DNA of 64,000 nt from NCBI GenBank assembly GCA_001189165.1, contig LFCO01000001.1, positions 84,321 to 148,320 on the forward strand, written 5' to 3'. Shown piece by piece: positions 1 through 8,939 of this stretch (its first letter is position 1; each line of letters begins with the position of its first letter). Made by a program: the position numbers and the translations under genes. This DNA is from Parcubacteria bacterium C7867-005 (GTDB taxonomy: Bacteria > Patescibacteriota > Minisyncoccia > Phycocordibacterales > Zambryskibacteraceae). The notes below the pieces were generated by a model, which was not told where the DNA came from, did not search any database, and saw only the letters and a list, made by a program, of their open reading frames with translations.

Positions 1-1176
1 ATCTATGTTCAATATATCTCCAATCAAATAAAGATTTTGGTATAGCCTTGAACGCATTGTCTTGAAGTCTACTTCATCTAAAACTACGCCCCCGCTTGAT
101 ATGACCGCCTTATCTATCCCCAGGAGTTTGTCTACCTGTATAGGTATGCTTTTTAATAAGTTTACTAGCGTGAGGCGCTCTTCGCGTTTGATGCTGTGGC
201 ATTTTGTTTCTGGTTTTATTTTCGAGAGTTCGACCAAGACCGGTACGATAGCAGAAGGGACCAGGTCAGAAAGTGCATTTTTGAAATCTTTTTTGTCATG
301 TTTCTTAAATAATTCTTGGAGCTTGTCATTCAGGGTTGAATAGTCTTCTTTGGGTAGTAAATCAAGGGACAGAAAAACTTCTCCGTATTTGAGTAGCTCA
401 CCTATATCTTTGCTCATGTTTAATATAGTTGGACCACTCAAGCCGAGGTGAGTGAATAGTACTTTACCCTTGGTTACACCCTGCTTCTCATTGTTTTGAA
501 GTAGAGTTATCTTTATATCAGAGATACTTTTACCCGAGAGTTTTTTAACCCATTTGTCTTTGGTTGATATGGGCACTAAAGATGGGGTTGGTTCTATGAC
601 TGCATGACCCAAATCGCTGAGCCACTTGTATCCATCTCCAGTTGAACCGGTTTCTGGCCTGGAGATGCCCCCAGTGGCGAGGATAAATGATCGTCCCAAG
701 ATTATCTTTTTATTCTTGAGCTTTACACCAATTAGGTTTTCTTTTTCTTTTATAAAATTAGATACGGGGGAGTCTGATGACACCGTGACCCCACCTTCCT
801 CCATGTACTGCACCAGCACGTCAAATACAGATTGTGCTTTGTTTGATGTGGGGAATGTCCGTAGTTCGTTCTCTACCTTTGTTTGCATACCTCTCTCGTG
901 GAAAAAATCCAAAGTTTCCTTGACTGACCACTTTGCAAATGCAGAGAAAAGAAACTTGTCATTGTCCTTGAATTTTTCTAGGAGTTTGCGGTTGTCGAAT
1001 TCAGAGTTGGTCACATTGCACCTGCCCCCACCGGTGATCAAGAGTTTTTTGCCCAGAGTGCTGTTCTTTTCAAGCAAAATGACTTTTAAACCTCTTGCAC
1101 CAGCTCTCCCAGCGGCCATCATGCCGGCCGGACCGCCACCTATGACCACTACATCCCATACCGTCTTTTCGTTCAT
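1..1176 (-). CDS. HI0933/YhiN-family flavoprotein (NAD(P)/FAD oxidoreductase), 3' end outside window
   Basis: Read by hand on the minus strand (absent from ORF track): MNEKTVWDVVVIGGGPAGMMAA...LEKN..LGKKLLITGGGRCNVTN. TAGGAT -10 box lies 6 nt before the ATG. Confidence 0.9.
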   Translation of the reverse strand, partial: MNEKTVWDVVVIGGGPAGMMAAGRAGARGLKVILLEKNSTLGKKLLITGGGRCNVTNSEFDNRKLLEKFKDNDKFLFSAFAKWSVKETLDFFHERGMQTKVENELRTFPTSNKAQSVFDVLVQYMEEGGVTVSSDSPVSNFIKEKENLIGVKLKNKKIILGRSFILATGGISRPETGSTGDGYKWLSDLGHAVIEPTPSLVPISTKDKWVKKLSGKSISDIKITLLQNNEKQGVTKGKVLFTHLGLSGPTILNMSKDIGELLKYGEVFLSLDLLPKEDYSTLNDKLQELFKKHDKKDFKNALSDLVPSAIVPVLVELSKIKPETKCHSIKREERLTLVNLLKSIPIQVDKLLGIDKAVISSGGVVLDEVDFKTMRSRLYQNLYLIGDILNID

Positions 1177-1256
1177 AGGGTCATCCTAGCAGAAAACCAG
1201 AGCAGGCTCTATAATATTCATATATTCGGATTTGATTTTATAAAATAATTATCACC

Positions 1257-2513
1257 ATGAAGCACATAAAAATATTCCTTTCCTTTGGTTTACTTGGACT
1301 GATCTTGTCTCTCACACTCCCACCACAAAATGGAGTTGTCGCTTCTACTAAATGTGATTTCTCCAGAGATTTAGAGCTCGGTGTCGAAGGTGAAGATGTC
1401 AGATGTCTTCAGAAATACTTGAACGAAGCCGGATTCACTATCTCCACTAGCGGAGTTGGTTCACCGGGCAAAGAAACCAACCAATACAAAGACCTAACCA
1501 AGAAAGCCATATCTGCATGGCAAGCAGCGAATGGTCTACCAGTCACGGGTTATTTCGGACCAGCATCAAAGAAAAAGTATTCGGAGGTACACGGCGGTTC
1601 ATCTGGGACCTCACAAATAAAATCCAATTCTGACTTGGCATCAAAGCAGGCAGAGTTAACAGCTCTCATGAATAAGTTGAAGGGCCTTCAAAATCTACAA
1701 GCTGACAAGCCGACAACTAAAACAGAAAGTACAACGATCAAAAGCACCACTTCAACTGTCGTATCAAACAAATCATCGAGCGATTCTATAAGGAAGGCTA
1801 TAGAGGGCATAAAAGATGCTGAAAAGCAGATCAAAAAAGCAGTTAAAGATGGTACCAGTATTGGTAGTGCCCAGGGCGACATAAACGATGCCAAGGAAGA
1901 TTTATTCGATGCGGTACTCGCATACTTTGATGGAGACTATAAAGAAGCTCAAGAATTTGGAGATAGGGCACTAGACAATTCACTTGATGCATTTGAGGAG
2001 GCTGGAGGAGAGACACAAGAGGATGAGGTCGAAGAGCTTATAGACGAAGTAGAGATCAAACTGGATAAAGCTGAAGACACCATAAACAAAGCTGATGACG
2101 ATGGTAAAAACGTAAACAAAGCCGAAGATCTGCTTGATGATGCGAGAGAGGCTTTGGATCAGGCTGGGGACAAGCTAGACGATGAGGAATATGAAGATGC
2201 AGAGAAACTCGCAGAAAAGGCAGAGGACCTCGCAGATGATGCAGTGGATGCCATAGACGAAGATGAGGATGATAAAGAAAATGCCAAAGATGCCATAGAC
2301 GATGCCAAGAAGGCTATAAATAAGGCCAAAGATGAGATAGATGAAGCAGATGATGATGGTGAGGATGTAGATGATGCAGAGGATCTCTTGGAGAAGGCTG
2401 AGGACAAGCTCGATAAGGCAGAAGAAGAGTACGATGATGAAAACTATGACGAAGCTAGGGATCTGGCACAGGACGCTGAGGACTTGGCGGATGATTCTGA
2501 GAAGTCACTCTAG
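1257..2513 (+). CDS. Secreted peptidoglycan-binding-domain protein with acidic helical repeats
   Basis: Signal peptide; PG-binding motif (GEDVRCLQKYLN...TKKAISAWQAANGLPVTGYFGPAS); S/T-rich linker; three ~80-aa D/E/A/K-rich repeats. Confidence 0.8.
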   Translation: MKHIKIFLSFGLLGLILSLTLPPQNGVVASTKCDFSRDLELGVEGEDVRCLQKYLNEAGFTISTSGVGSPGKETNQYKDLTKKAISAWQAANGLPVTGYFGPASKKKYSEVHGGSSGTSQIKSNSDLASKQAELTALMNKLKGLQNLQADKPTTKTESTTIKSTTSTVVSNKSSSDSIRKAIEGIKDAEKQIKKAVKDGTSIGSAQGDINDAKEDLFDAVLAYFDGDYKEAQEFGDRALDNSLDAFEEAGGETQEDEVEELIDEVEIKLDKAEDTINKADDDGKNVNKAEDLLDDAREALDQAGDKLDDEEYEDAEKLAEKAEDLADDAVDAIDEDEDDKENAKDAIDDAKKAINKAKDEIDEADDDGEDVDDAEDLLEKAEDKLDKAEEEYDDENYDEARDLAQDAEDLADDSEKSL

Positions 2514-2570
2514 TAAGAATGGGTCTATACTCTGGTATAATTGAAAGTGACCAAATTAAATAATAAAAAT

Positions 2571-2909
2571 ATGCCCAAAGCTAAAGTTAAATCGAAAGCA
2601 AAACCAAAATCAAAAGTTGTAGTCAAAACAAAGCCAAAGGCAAAAGCGAAATCCAAACCAAAAGCGGGTTCCGCATTTATGAAGCCCCTCAAAGTAAGTA
2701 CTGACCTCGCGCTAGTAGTCGGCAAAGGGCCCATGCCTAGAACAGAAGTAGTGAAGAAACTTTGGGTTTATATCAAGAAGCACAACCTTCAAGATTCAAA
2801 AAACAAAAGAAACATCAATGCAGATGAAAATTTGAAGAAGATTTTCGCCGGCAAGAAAACAGTGAGTATGTTTGACATGACCAAGCTTGTTTCTAAACAC
2901 CTCTCTTAG
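2571..2909 (+). CDS. SWIB/MDM2-domain protein with Lys-rich N-terminal tail
   Basis: AFMKPLKVS.DLALVVG..PMPRTEVVKKLWVYIKKHNLQD..NKRNINAD is the SWIB signature; ATG at 2571. Confidence 0.9.
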   Translation: MPKAKVKSKAKPKSKVVVKTKPKAKAKSKPKAGSAFMKPLKVSTDLALVVGKGPMPRTEVVKKLWVYIKKHNLQDSKNKRNINADENLKKIFAGKKTVSMFDMTKLVSKHLS

Positions 2910-2943
2910 CATACAAATCAAATAGTGGGTGTATAATGAGTAT

Positions 2944-3378
2944 ATGAATACTCAAATACAAGCCTTGTTAGACAAAGAAAATGTTGGTGTTTTAAGCGTA
3001 CTCTTACCAGACGGAAGTCCACATGTATCCGCGATGCATTATTCTTATTCTGCAGAACCATTTAGGATTTTTGTACAGACTGCACTACCGACAAACAAAA
3101 CTTGGCATTTCGAGAGAGATGGGGATACAGTCAAAGGCGCTTTTGTTGTCGGGTTGAGTGAAAATGACTGGGTAACTCTGCAGGTTCGTGGAGATGTTAG
3201 TTTGGTCAGAGATCCAGCTAGGTTAGAAGAGATCACCAAGATCCATTATGCCAAATTCCCTCACGCAGAAGAGTACAGAGACTCAGGTAATGTTTTTTTG
3301 GAGATAGTACCTAATTGGTCCAGATACTCTGACTTTAAAACAAAACCAAAAACCGTTATTCGTCATATAGGAGAGTAA
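2944..3378 (+). CDS. Pyridoxamine 5'-phosphate oxidase-like (FMN split-barrel) protein
   Basis: VGVLSV..PDGSPHVSAM and TLQVRG motifs; TATAAT 6 nt before ATG 2944. Confidence 0.7.
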   Translation: MNTQIQALLDKENVGVLSVLLPDGSPHVSAMHYSYSAEPFRIFVQTALPTNKTWHFERDGDTVKGAFVVGLSENDWVTLQVRGDVSLVRDPARLEEITKIHYAKFPHAEEYRDSGNVFLEIVPNWSRYSDFKTKPKTVIRHIGE

Positions 3379-3379
3379 T

Positions 3380-3775
3380 ATGTCTTACACTACCAACATT
3401 CAGAAGAGGGCTGGAGAGAATACAAACTTCAGACAGGTCCTTTTTACTGGAGGCAAGAGCCAGTTGGTGGTGATGGATATCCCCAGTGGAGGCGAGATAG
3501 GTGAAGAAATACACGAACACGTAGAACAGACCTTATTTTTTTGGAGTGGTACAGGTAAGGCAGTGATGGATGGTGTAGAGAGTACTATCAACCCAGGTGA
3601 TGTCTTTGTTGTGACTCCAGGCACTAAACATAATTTTATAAACACAGGTGCAGAATCTCTAAAGGTGTTCACTGTTTATGCTCCAGCTAACCATATAGAC
3701 AAGAGGATTCATGTGACCAAGGAAGATGCGGACAAAGATTTTGAGGATGAAGCCTTTGGAGAATCAATCAGATGA
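3380..3775 (+). CDS. Cupin-domain protein
   Basis: NFRQVLFTG..SQLVVM...GEIGEEIH...EQ...G.G; PGTKHN.IN.G. Confidence 0.9.
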   Translation: MSYTTNIQKRAGENTNFRQVLFTGGKSQLVVMDIPSGGEIGEEIHEHVEQTLFFWSGTGKAVMDGVESTINPGDVFVVTPGTKHNFINTGAESLKVFTVYAPANHIDKRIHVTKEDADKDFEDEAFGESIR

Positions 3776-4425
3776 TCGCTTCATTTCTCAGCTTAATAGA
3801 GAGTCTGTTCACGGCGTATGGTGCGGTAGGAGTGTTCCTCGCATCGATTATCGAAGAGGTGATAGCTCCCATACCTTCTTCTTTTGTGATCATGGGAGCG
3901 GCGTATTCCTTTTTTAGTGACATTGCATTTAGTGTGGGTACCTTTGGTCGATTGATTTATATGGTTATCATCCCAGCAGCACTTGGTGTAACCGTCGGAT
4001 CTTTTTTTGTTTATGGTTTAACTTATGCATTTGGTAAACCTTTTATAGAGAAGTTTGGTAAATACCTTGGTGTTTCCTGGACTGCAGTTGAAGCAGCTCA
4101 AGCTAAATTCACTGCAGGGTATACGGATGAGTTAATTCTATTTGGGATACGTGCTGTGCCTATCATCCCCAGTGTAGTAGTAAATGCACTTTGTGGGATT
4201 ATCCGACTACCCATAAAGCCATACATCATCTACACGTTTTTGGGCACATTAGTTCGAGCATCTATACTCGGACTCCTTGGCTGGCAGGTCGGTGCAGTAT
4301 ATAAAACTTGGGCCGAACAGATTCAGAAAGCTGAAGGATATATCGCTTCTGGATTGATCGTGGTTGTTTTGATTTATGTAGTTATTCGTCTTATTAAACA
4401 CAAAAAATATGAAAGGCTTTATTGA
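3772..4425 (+). CDS. DedA/VTT-family membrane protein
   Basis: IEEVIAPIPS, G.TVGS...Y.L, RAVPIIP motifs; hydrophobic segments. Confidence 0.85.
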   Translation: MIASFLSLIESLFTAYGAVGVFLASIIEEVIAPIPSSFVIMGAAYSFFSDIAFSVGTFGRLIYMVIIPAALGVTVGSFFVYGLTYAFGKPFIEKFGKYLGVSWTAVEAAQAKFTAGYTDELILFGIRAVPIIPSVVVNALCGIIRLPIKPYIIYTFLGTLVRASILGLLGWQVGAVYKTWAEQIQKAEGYIASGLIVVVLIYVVIRLIKHKKYERLY

Positions 4426-4711
4426 TTTTATTCGAGAGCAGGGAGTAGTGGGACTCGCTGTCGGATTTATCCTCGGCGGTGCGGTGTCCAAGTTGGTATC
4501 AGCCATAGTGACAGACATTGTTAATCCGCTCCTAGGCCTTGCTCTGGGTTCTGTAGCCGGACTCAAAGAAGCTTATTTTGCCGTAGGGACAGCAAAGATT
4601 ATGTATGGCGATCTCTTGGCTGTGGCTATAGATTTTGTAGTCATTGCTCTCGTAGTTTACTTTGGTGTCAAAGCTCTCAAACTCGACCAACTCGACAAAC
4701 CAAAGATATAG
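4409..4711 (+). CDS. mscL: Large-conductance mechanosensitive channel
   Basis: F.DFIREQGVVGLAVGFILGGA.SKLVS.IV.DI.NP; YG..L...IDF. Confidence 0.9.
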   Translation: MKGFIDFIREQGVVGLAVGFILGGAVSKLVSAIVTDIVNPLLGLALGSVAGLKEAYFAVGTAKIMYGDLLAVAIDFVVIALVVYFGVKALKLDQLDKPKI

Positions 4712-4720
4712 GCAACACGC

Positions 4721-4749
4721 TTGACTTTTTGTATATTATGTGCTAGGGT
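4721..4749 (+). promoter_or_regulatory. Sigma70 promoter of GC-rich unit 1
   Basis: TTGACT-17 nt-TAGGGT with extended TG. Confidence 0.7.
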
Positions 4750-4835
4750 CTCGAAGGAAGTAACAGGGTTCAAACCCTGGCCCCCAGGATTTACTTGGTT
4801 GGGTTTGGTCTTTCACACCATGGAGGAACAAGAAG

Positions 4836-5072
4836 ATGATTTGGGTATTCCTGTTCGAGTTGGCCATATGGATCTTCGTGCCACTCATCGTGGCAACGCA
4901 GGTCATCATCCCGCTTTGGCGGGGACGGCCGACATTCCCTCTGCTTCGGCGGAGGCCGCAGGTGATCGACAAGATCGATAGGGCTCGAAGTGAGGTCAAT
5001 GACGCCGAGCTCGAACTCGTCGCACGTCGTACGGAGAAGGAAGCCGAGAAGCTTCGCGGCAAGGTCCGCTAG
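4836..5072 (+). CDS. GC-rich small membrane protein (TM plus basic coiled-coil tail), upstream partner of the SPFH gene
   Basis: GGAGG 9 nt before ATG; hydrophobic N-terminus; G/C-ending codons. Confidence 0.7.
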   Translation: MIWVFLFELAIWIFVPLIVATQVIIPLWRGRPTFPLLRRRPQVIDKIDRARSEVNDAELELVARRTEKEAEKLRGKVR

Positions 5073-5132
5073 GGAGCCGCAGGGTAGGATCAGTAGTTCA
5101 TCCAATCACCCGTAGGAAACCAGGAGATGTTC

Positions 5133-6431
5133 ATGTCCGCTTTTGGGGAAGTTCGTTCGGAGTGGGGGCTTCGCAAGATCGTACTTGCCGTCGCTTCCGG
5201 TTTCGGAGTCATCGCGCTCATCGTCTTCGGCAGCATGCTGCTCGAGAACAACGGCGCGAGCGAGATCATGGTGGTGCAGTCGCCGCTCAGCGGTGAGTTC
5301 ACCGTCTACAAGACCCCCGGTCTCAAGATGCAGGGTGGGGGCACGATCACGCGGTACAAGCTTCGCGATCAGTTCTGGTTCTCTTCCGACCCCAGCAGGG
5401 GCAGCGGAGAGGATCAGTCGATCGAGATCCGCTTCAACGACAACGGCAGGGCACGTCTCTCGGGTTCAATCTCATGGGAGATGCCCCTCTCCGACAGCGC
5501 CATCATCCAGCTCCATCGGCAGTACGGTAGCGCCGAGGCGATCCAGCACCAGCTCATCAGCACCGTGGTCGGCAAGTCGGTCTTCTTGACCGGTCCGCTC
5601 ATGTCTTCGACGGAGTCAAACTCCACGAAGCGCAACGATCTACTCTCGCTCATCATCGATCAGATCAATCACGGCGTCTACAAGACCGAAAGCCGTGAGA
5701 CACGTGTCCAGGACGAGATGACCGGCGTGACCAAGACCGTTCGTATCACAACGCTCGTTCCGAGCACGGTCGCGGCTGATCGCGGGTACGCTCGTCAGGA
5801 GGGATCCCCCCTGGATGAGTTCAACATCCGCACCTTCAATCTCGCCATCGACCAGATTCACTACGATTCGACGGTCGAGATGCAGATCAAGCAGCAGCAG
5901 ACCGCCATCATGCAGGTTCAGACCGCTCTCGCGCAGGCGAAGACCGCCGAACAGGCGGCCATCACTGCGGAGAAGAACGGTCAGGCCGAAGCGGCGAAGG
6001 CGCGATGGGAACAGGAAGTGATCAAGGCGAGAGAAGTCACCAGCGCGGAACAGCGTCGTGAAGTCGCTCGTCTCGATGCTGAAGCGGCAGACTTTCGCAA
6101 GTTGGCGAACATCCGCGACGGTGAAGGCGAGGCTCGCAAGCGCCAGCTCATCATGAACGCCGACGGCGCACTCAGTATGAAGCTGGAAGCCTTCGTCAAG
6201 GTGAACCAGTTCTACGCCACCGCAATCCAGGGATACACAGGCAACTGGGTTCCCTCGATCGTCATGGGTTCGAGTGGTGCGAGCAGTGCACCGGGATCCG
6301 GTGCCAACGGCCTCATCGACATGTTGATGGCCAGGACCGCAAGGGATCTGGCGCTCGACTTTCGGGCGGGCCTCGGCAACGATCCAGCGCGACCGCGGGC
6401 GGCAACACCAGCCCCCCGCAGTACTCCGTAG
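5133..6431 (+). CDS. GC-rich SPFH/band-7 (flotillin/prohibitin-like) membrane protein
   Basis: N-terminal TM, beta-rich SPFH core (IMVVQSP..G..VY..PG; IRFNDNG), A/E/Q-rich coiled coil. AGGAG at 5122-5126 favours ATG 5133 over 5127. Confidence 0.8.
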   Translation: MSAFGEVRSEWGLRKIVLAVASGFGVIALIVFGSMLLENNGASEIMVVQSPLSGEFTVYKTPGLKMQGGGTITRYKLRDQFWFSSDPSRGSGEDQSIEIRFNDNGRARLSGSISWEMPLSDSAIIQLHRQYGSAEAIQHQLISTVVGKSVFLTGPLMSSTESNSTKRNDLLSLIIDQINHGVYKTESRETRVQDEMTGVTKTVRITTLVPSTVAADRGYARQEGSPLDEFNIRTFNLAIDQIHYDSTVEMQIKQQQTAIMQVQTALAQAKTAEQAAITAEKNGQAEAAKARWEQEVIKAREVTSAEQRREVARLDAEAADFRKLANIRDGEGEARKRQLIMNADGALSMKLEAFVKVNQFYATAIQGYTGNWVPSIVMGSSGASSAPGSGANGLIDMLMARTARDLALDFRAGLGNDPARPRAATPAPRSTP

Positions 6432-6457
6432 TCGTCCTTCCGTGATGTAGGTAGTAA

Positions 6458-6492
6458 AGAGGTGGTAGCCATTGGCTGCCACCTCTATTTTG
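6458..6492 (+). terminator. Intrinsic terminator of unit 1
   Basis: AGAGGTGGTAGCC-ATT-GGCTGCCACCTCT followed by ATTTT. Confidence 0.8.
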
Positions 6493-6525
6493 TATATACA
6501 GATCGATGTTTTGTGCTCTGGTGAG

Positions 6526-6534
6526 TTATCCACA
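6526..6534 (+). promoter_or_regulatory. DnaA box
   Basis: Perfect TTATCCACA; others (TGTGGATAA) at 22712-22720 and 32674-32682. Confidence 0.55.
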
Positions 6535-6539
6535 TGGAC

Positions 6540-6559
6540 AGGTGAACCATAGTTCACCT
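6540..6559. promoter_or_regulatory. Putative LexA operator (GAAC-N4-GTTC type)
   Basis: Palindrome AGGTGAAC-CATA-GTTCACCT directly upstream of the lexA operon. Confidence 0.75.
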
Positions 6560-6590
6560 ATACTAAATACAGTCAAATAAGAATAAAACC

Positions 6591-6797
6591 ATGAGCACAC
6601 AAAACGTAGAAAAAATATTGAGAAAGGAGTTAGAGACTTTGAATAACACCATCGACAAGAAGATCCTCAAAGGACTCTCTTATGCCAAAGAGGCGCGGGA
6701 ACACAAATACCTCTTGGCCAGATTACTTGAGAGGAAGAGAGCTTCCAGATTATCTTTCTTTAGTAAACTATCTTTCGTTCCCACATTCTTTCTATAA
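6591..6797 (+). CDS. Small basic hypothetical protein, likely co-transcribed with lexA
   Basis: 68-aa ORF, native codon usage, between the operator and lexA. Confidence 0.7.
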   Translation: MSTQNVEKILRKELETLNNTIDKKILKGLSYAKEAREHKYLLARLLERKRASRLSFFSKLSFVPTFFL

Positions 6798-6806
6798 GAT
6801 AGAGAT

Positions 6807-7373
6807 ATGAACGAAAGCCACAGGAACAAAATAGTTTCTTTCTATCAGAAAAATAAACGCATGCCCGGATATCAGGAGATCATGGGTTTGGTTGGTTTCA
6901 AGTCCAAAAATGCTGTTTATAAACTCATCAACAAACTCGTGGAAGAAGGTGTAGTTAACAAGGATTCAAGGGGCAAACTTACACCGAACAAACTTTTTGG
7001 AGAGATACCGATACTCGGTTTAGTTGAAGCGGGGTTTCCAACTTCTACTGACGAAGTTCTCACTGACACATTGTCCATAGATGATTATCTAGTCGAACAC
7101 AAAGAGGCGAGCTACTTACTCGAAGTAAAGGGGGACTCGATGATTGATGAGGGTATCAAAGAAGGGGACCTCGTACTTGTTGAACGTAAGGGAGAACCGA
7201 AAGATGGCGACATCGTAATCGCTGAAGTAGATGGCGGATGGACGATGAAATATTTCCGTAAAAGGGCAGGCAAAATATATCTCGAAGCAGCGAATAAAAA
7301 CTATAAACCAATTTATCCTAAATACGACTTCAGGGTAGCAGCAATAGTCAAAGGGGTGATTAGGAAGTACTAG
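6807..7373 (+). CDS. lexA: LexA-family repressor / S24 peptidase
   Basis: N-terminal wHTH (PGYQEI..LVGFKSKNAV), Ala-Gly cleavage site (VEAGFP), catalytic Ser (GDSM) and Lys (TMK). Confidence 0.88.
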   Translation: MNESHRNKIVSFYQKNKRMPGYQEIMGLVGFKSKNAVYKLINKLVEEGVVNKDSRGKLTPNKLFGEIPILGLVEAGFPTSTDEVLTDTLSIDDYLVEHKEASYLLEVKGDSMIDEGIKEGDLVLVERKGEPKDGDIVIAEVDGGWTMKYFRKRAGKIYLEAANKNYKPIYPKYDFRVAAIVKGVIRKY

Positions 7374-7496
7374 AAAAAACTCTGGGGGCTTGACTGTTAT
7401 TTATATTTATTTGTGGTATAATCAGACTAGATTGACACGAACGTGTCAAACGGATGGTTCTCTGACATTCAATCCAAACAAAGCGGAGGCACAGTT

Positions 7497-8888
7497 ATGC
7501 GTACCAAGCTTTCCAGCATTGGGCTGGCGGCTATGATTGCTGCCACCCTAGTCGTCTTCATCGGCTGTGGTGAGGGGACGTCTCCAGTGGAGCCGCCCCC
7601 TCCAGTAGAAGTAGTCACCGCGGTGATCGTCAGCCCGACAAGCGGGCAGGTGATCTCTTCGGGTCCGACCGTCCTGTCGGCGACCGCGCGGTCGTCGAAG
7701 ATCGGTGATATCACCGATCCGTCCAAGTATCTTTGGACGATCGACGGATCTCAAGTGGGGAACGGCATGGCCCTGTCCACGAACCTCACACCCGGTTCAC
7801 ATCAGGTGTGTGTCAGTGTCCAGGGATCGTCTGGGGCAAGTGGTAACACCTGCGTCCCACTGTCGGTCGTTCACGCACAACTCGTCGGGAAGGTGGTCGT
7901 CACAGACCTTCTTCAGGGCGAGGTCGTTCCCGTCGGTGTTCGCATCAAGCTTTTCGTCTCTGGGGCAGATACGATTTCAACCAATGTCGCTCCGGACGGA
8001 AGCTTCTCTGCGAACGTCTTCGGGTTCCTGAACAAGGACAGCATCAGCTTCATCGTCGATGCGGTGAATACCTCTTCTCGGATTTACCATCCGATGAGGG
8101 GGACGTTCGCCAAGGCTCTCGTGGAGAAGCCGGTCATTTTCATCATGACTCCACTTGCAGTCACTATCCCTAACGGCGTTTACGCCGGCAGGGTGGTTGA
8201 TATGAGGTTGAGCCGAGCGTATGTCGCCGGTGGTGACGCCCTCGGATTCTTCGATCGTCGCCCGTACGATGTTGGTGGTATTCCCATGTACAGGGTCAAG
8301 AGCCACAAGGTTCTCCCCGTACCTCTGGTGATCAGAAACGACCTCGGTGATACACCAATCACCGCGAGCGACTCTGTCGCCATGTGGGGATTCGTCACTA
8401 CGCTCGAAGATCACATCGGTCTGGATCTGTTCAGGCCGGCGATGAAGAGCGAAGAGAACGACACCCTGGGTATCGATGTGTACATGCTGTCGAACTTGGC
8501 CAAACCCGCCTTCGGTGGGTCGGACGGCATCCTCTATCCCACGCCCGGTAGCACCAGCTTGGGGAGAGGTCGCGCGACATTCAGAGGACGAGATGTCCTC
8601 CTGAATAACGGCGGCGGTGTCTTCAGACACGAACTCATCCACGTCCTTGGCTTCGACCACGGATGTGGGTTCCAAAGCATTCAGAACACCGAATGCAGTG
8701 GTGTGAGTATCGACTACACCGGCTTCGTCTCGGGGATCCCGAGTCCGTTCGATGTCGCATACGCCCGACTGATGTATGTGACGGCCGCGCTCGAGGACAA
8801 GTACAGCACCCACTTCTCCATCATGGAGAGCCATCAGGGTGAGCGAGAGCTCATGCTGGGACTCCCCAGAGAGATCGTGAGGAGATAG
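7497..8888 (+). CDS. GC-rich lipoprotein with Ig/PKD-like domain and metzincin Zn-protease domain
   Basis: GGAGG 7485-7489, ATG 7497; lipobox-like VFIG-C then GEGTSPVEPPPP; HELIHVLGFDH (HExxHxxGxxH). Confidence 0.8.
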   Translation: MRTKLSSIGLAAMIAATLVVFIGCGEGTSPVEPPPPVEVVTAVIVSPTSGQVISSGPTVLSATARSSKIGDITDPSKYLWTIDGSQVGNGMALSTNLTPGSHQVCVSVQGSSGASGNTCVPLSVVHAQLVGKVVVTDLLQGEVVPVGVRIKLFVSGADTISTNVAPDGSFSANVFGFLNKDSISFIVDAVNTSSRIYHPMRGTFAKALVEKPVIFIMTPLAVTIPNGVYAGRVVDMRLSRAYVAGGDALGFFDRRPYDVGGIPMYRVKSHKVLPVPLVIRNDLGDTPITASDSVAMWGFVTTLEDHIGLDLFRPAMKSEENDTLGIDVYMLSNLAKPAFGGSDGILYPTPGSTSLGRGRATFRGRDVLLNNGGGVFRHELIHVLGFDHGCGFQSIQNTECSGVSIDYTGFVSGIPSPFDVAYARLMYVTAALEDKYSTHFSIMESHQGERELMLGLPREIVRR

Positions 8889-8939
8889 GGAGTTTGGATT
8901 GAATTGATAGCCCCCGCGGTACCCATCCGCGTGGAGCAT

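Noticed and set aside
62-1189. Plus-strand ORFs 62-343 and 626-1189
   Set aside because: Antisense shadows of the minus-strand HI0933-family gene, which has clear motifs.
3368-3379. AGGAG before the native cupin gene
   Set aside because: Formed by the last codons (ATA GGA GAG TAA) of the upstream gene. It is an isolated case in AT-rich genes, though it shows SD-like sequence is not strictly absent from native starts.
4764-4786. tRNA 3'-end-like sequence CAGGGTTCAAACCCTGGCCCCCA as an att remnant
   Set aside because: The loop is 6 nt rather than a 7-nt T-loop, there is no cloverleaf and no matching repeat at the other end of the unit. Treated as a leader hairpin.
5640-8939. Long antisense or alternate-frame ORFs over GC-rich genes (5640-6557, 7977-8939; likewise 21926-22675, 46151-46561, 48103-48507, 60301-60819)
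   Set aside because: Expected by-product of G/C-ending codon bias, which removes antisense stops. They have no promoter, SD or recognisable motifs.
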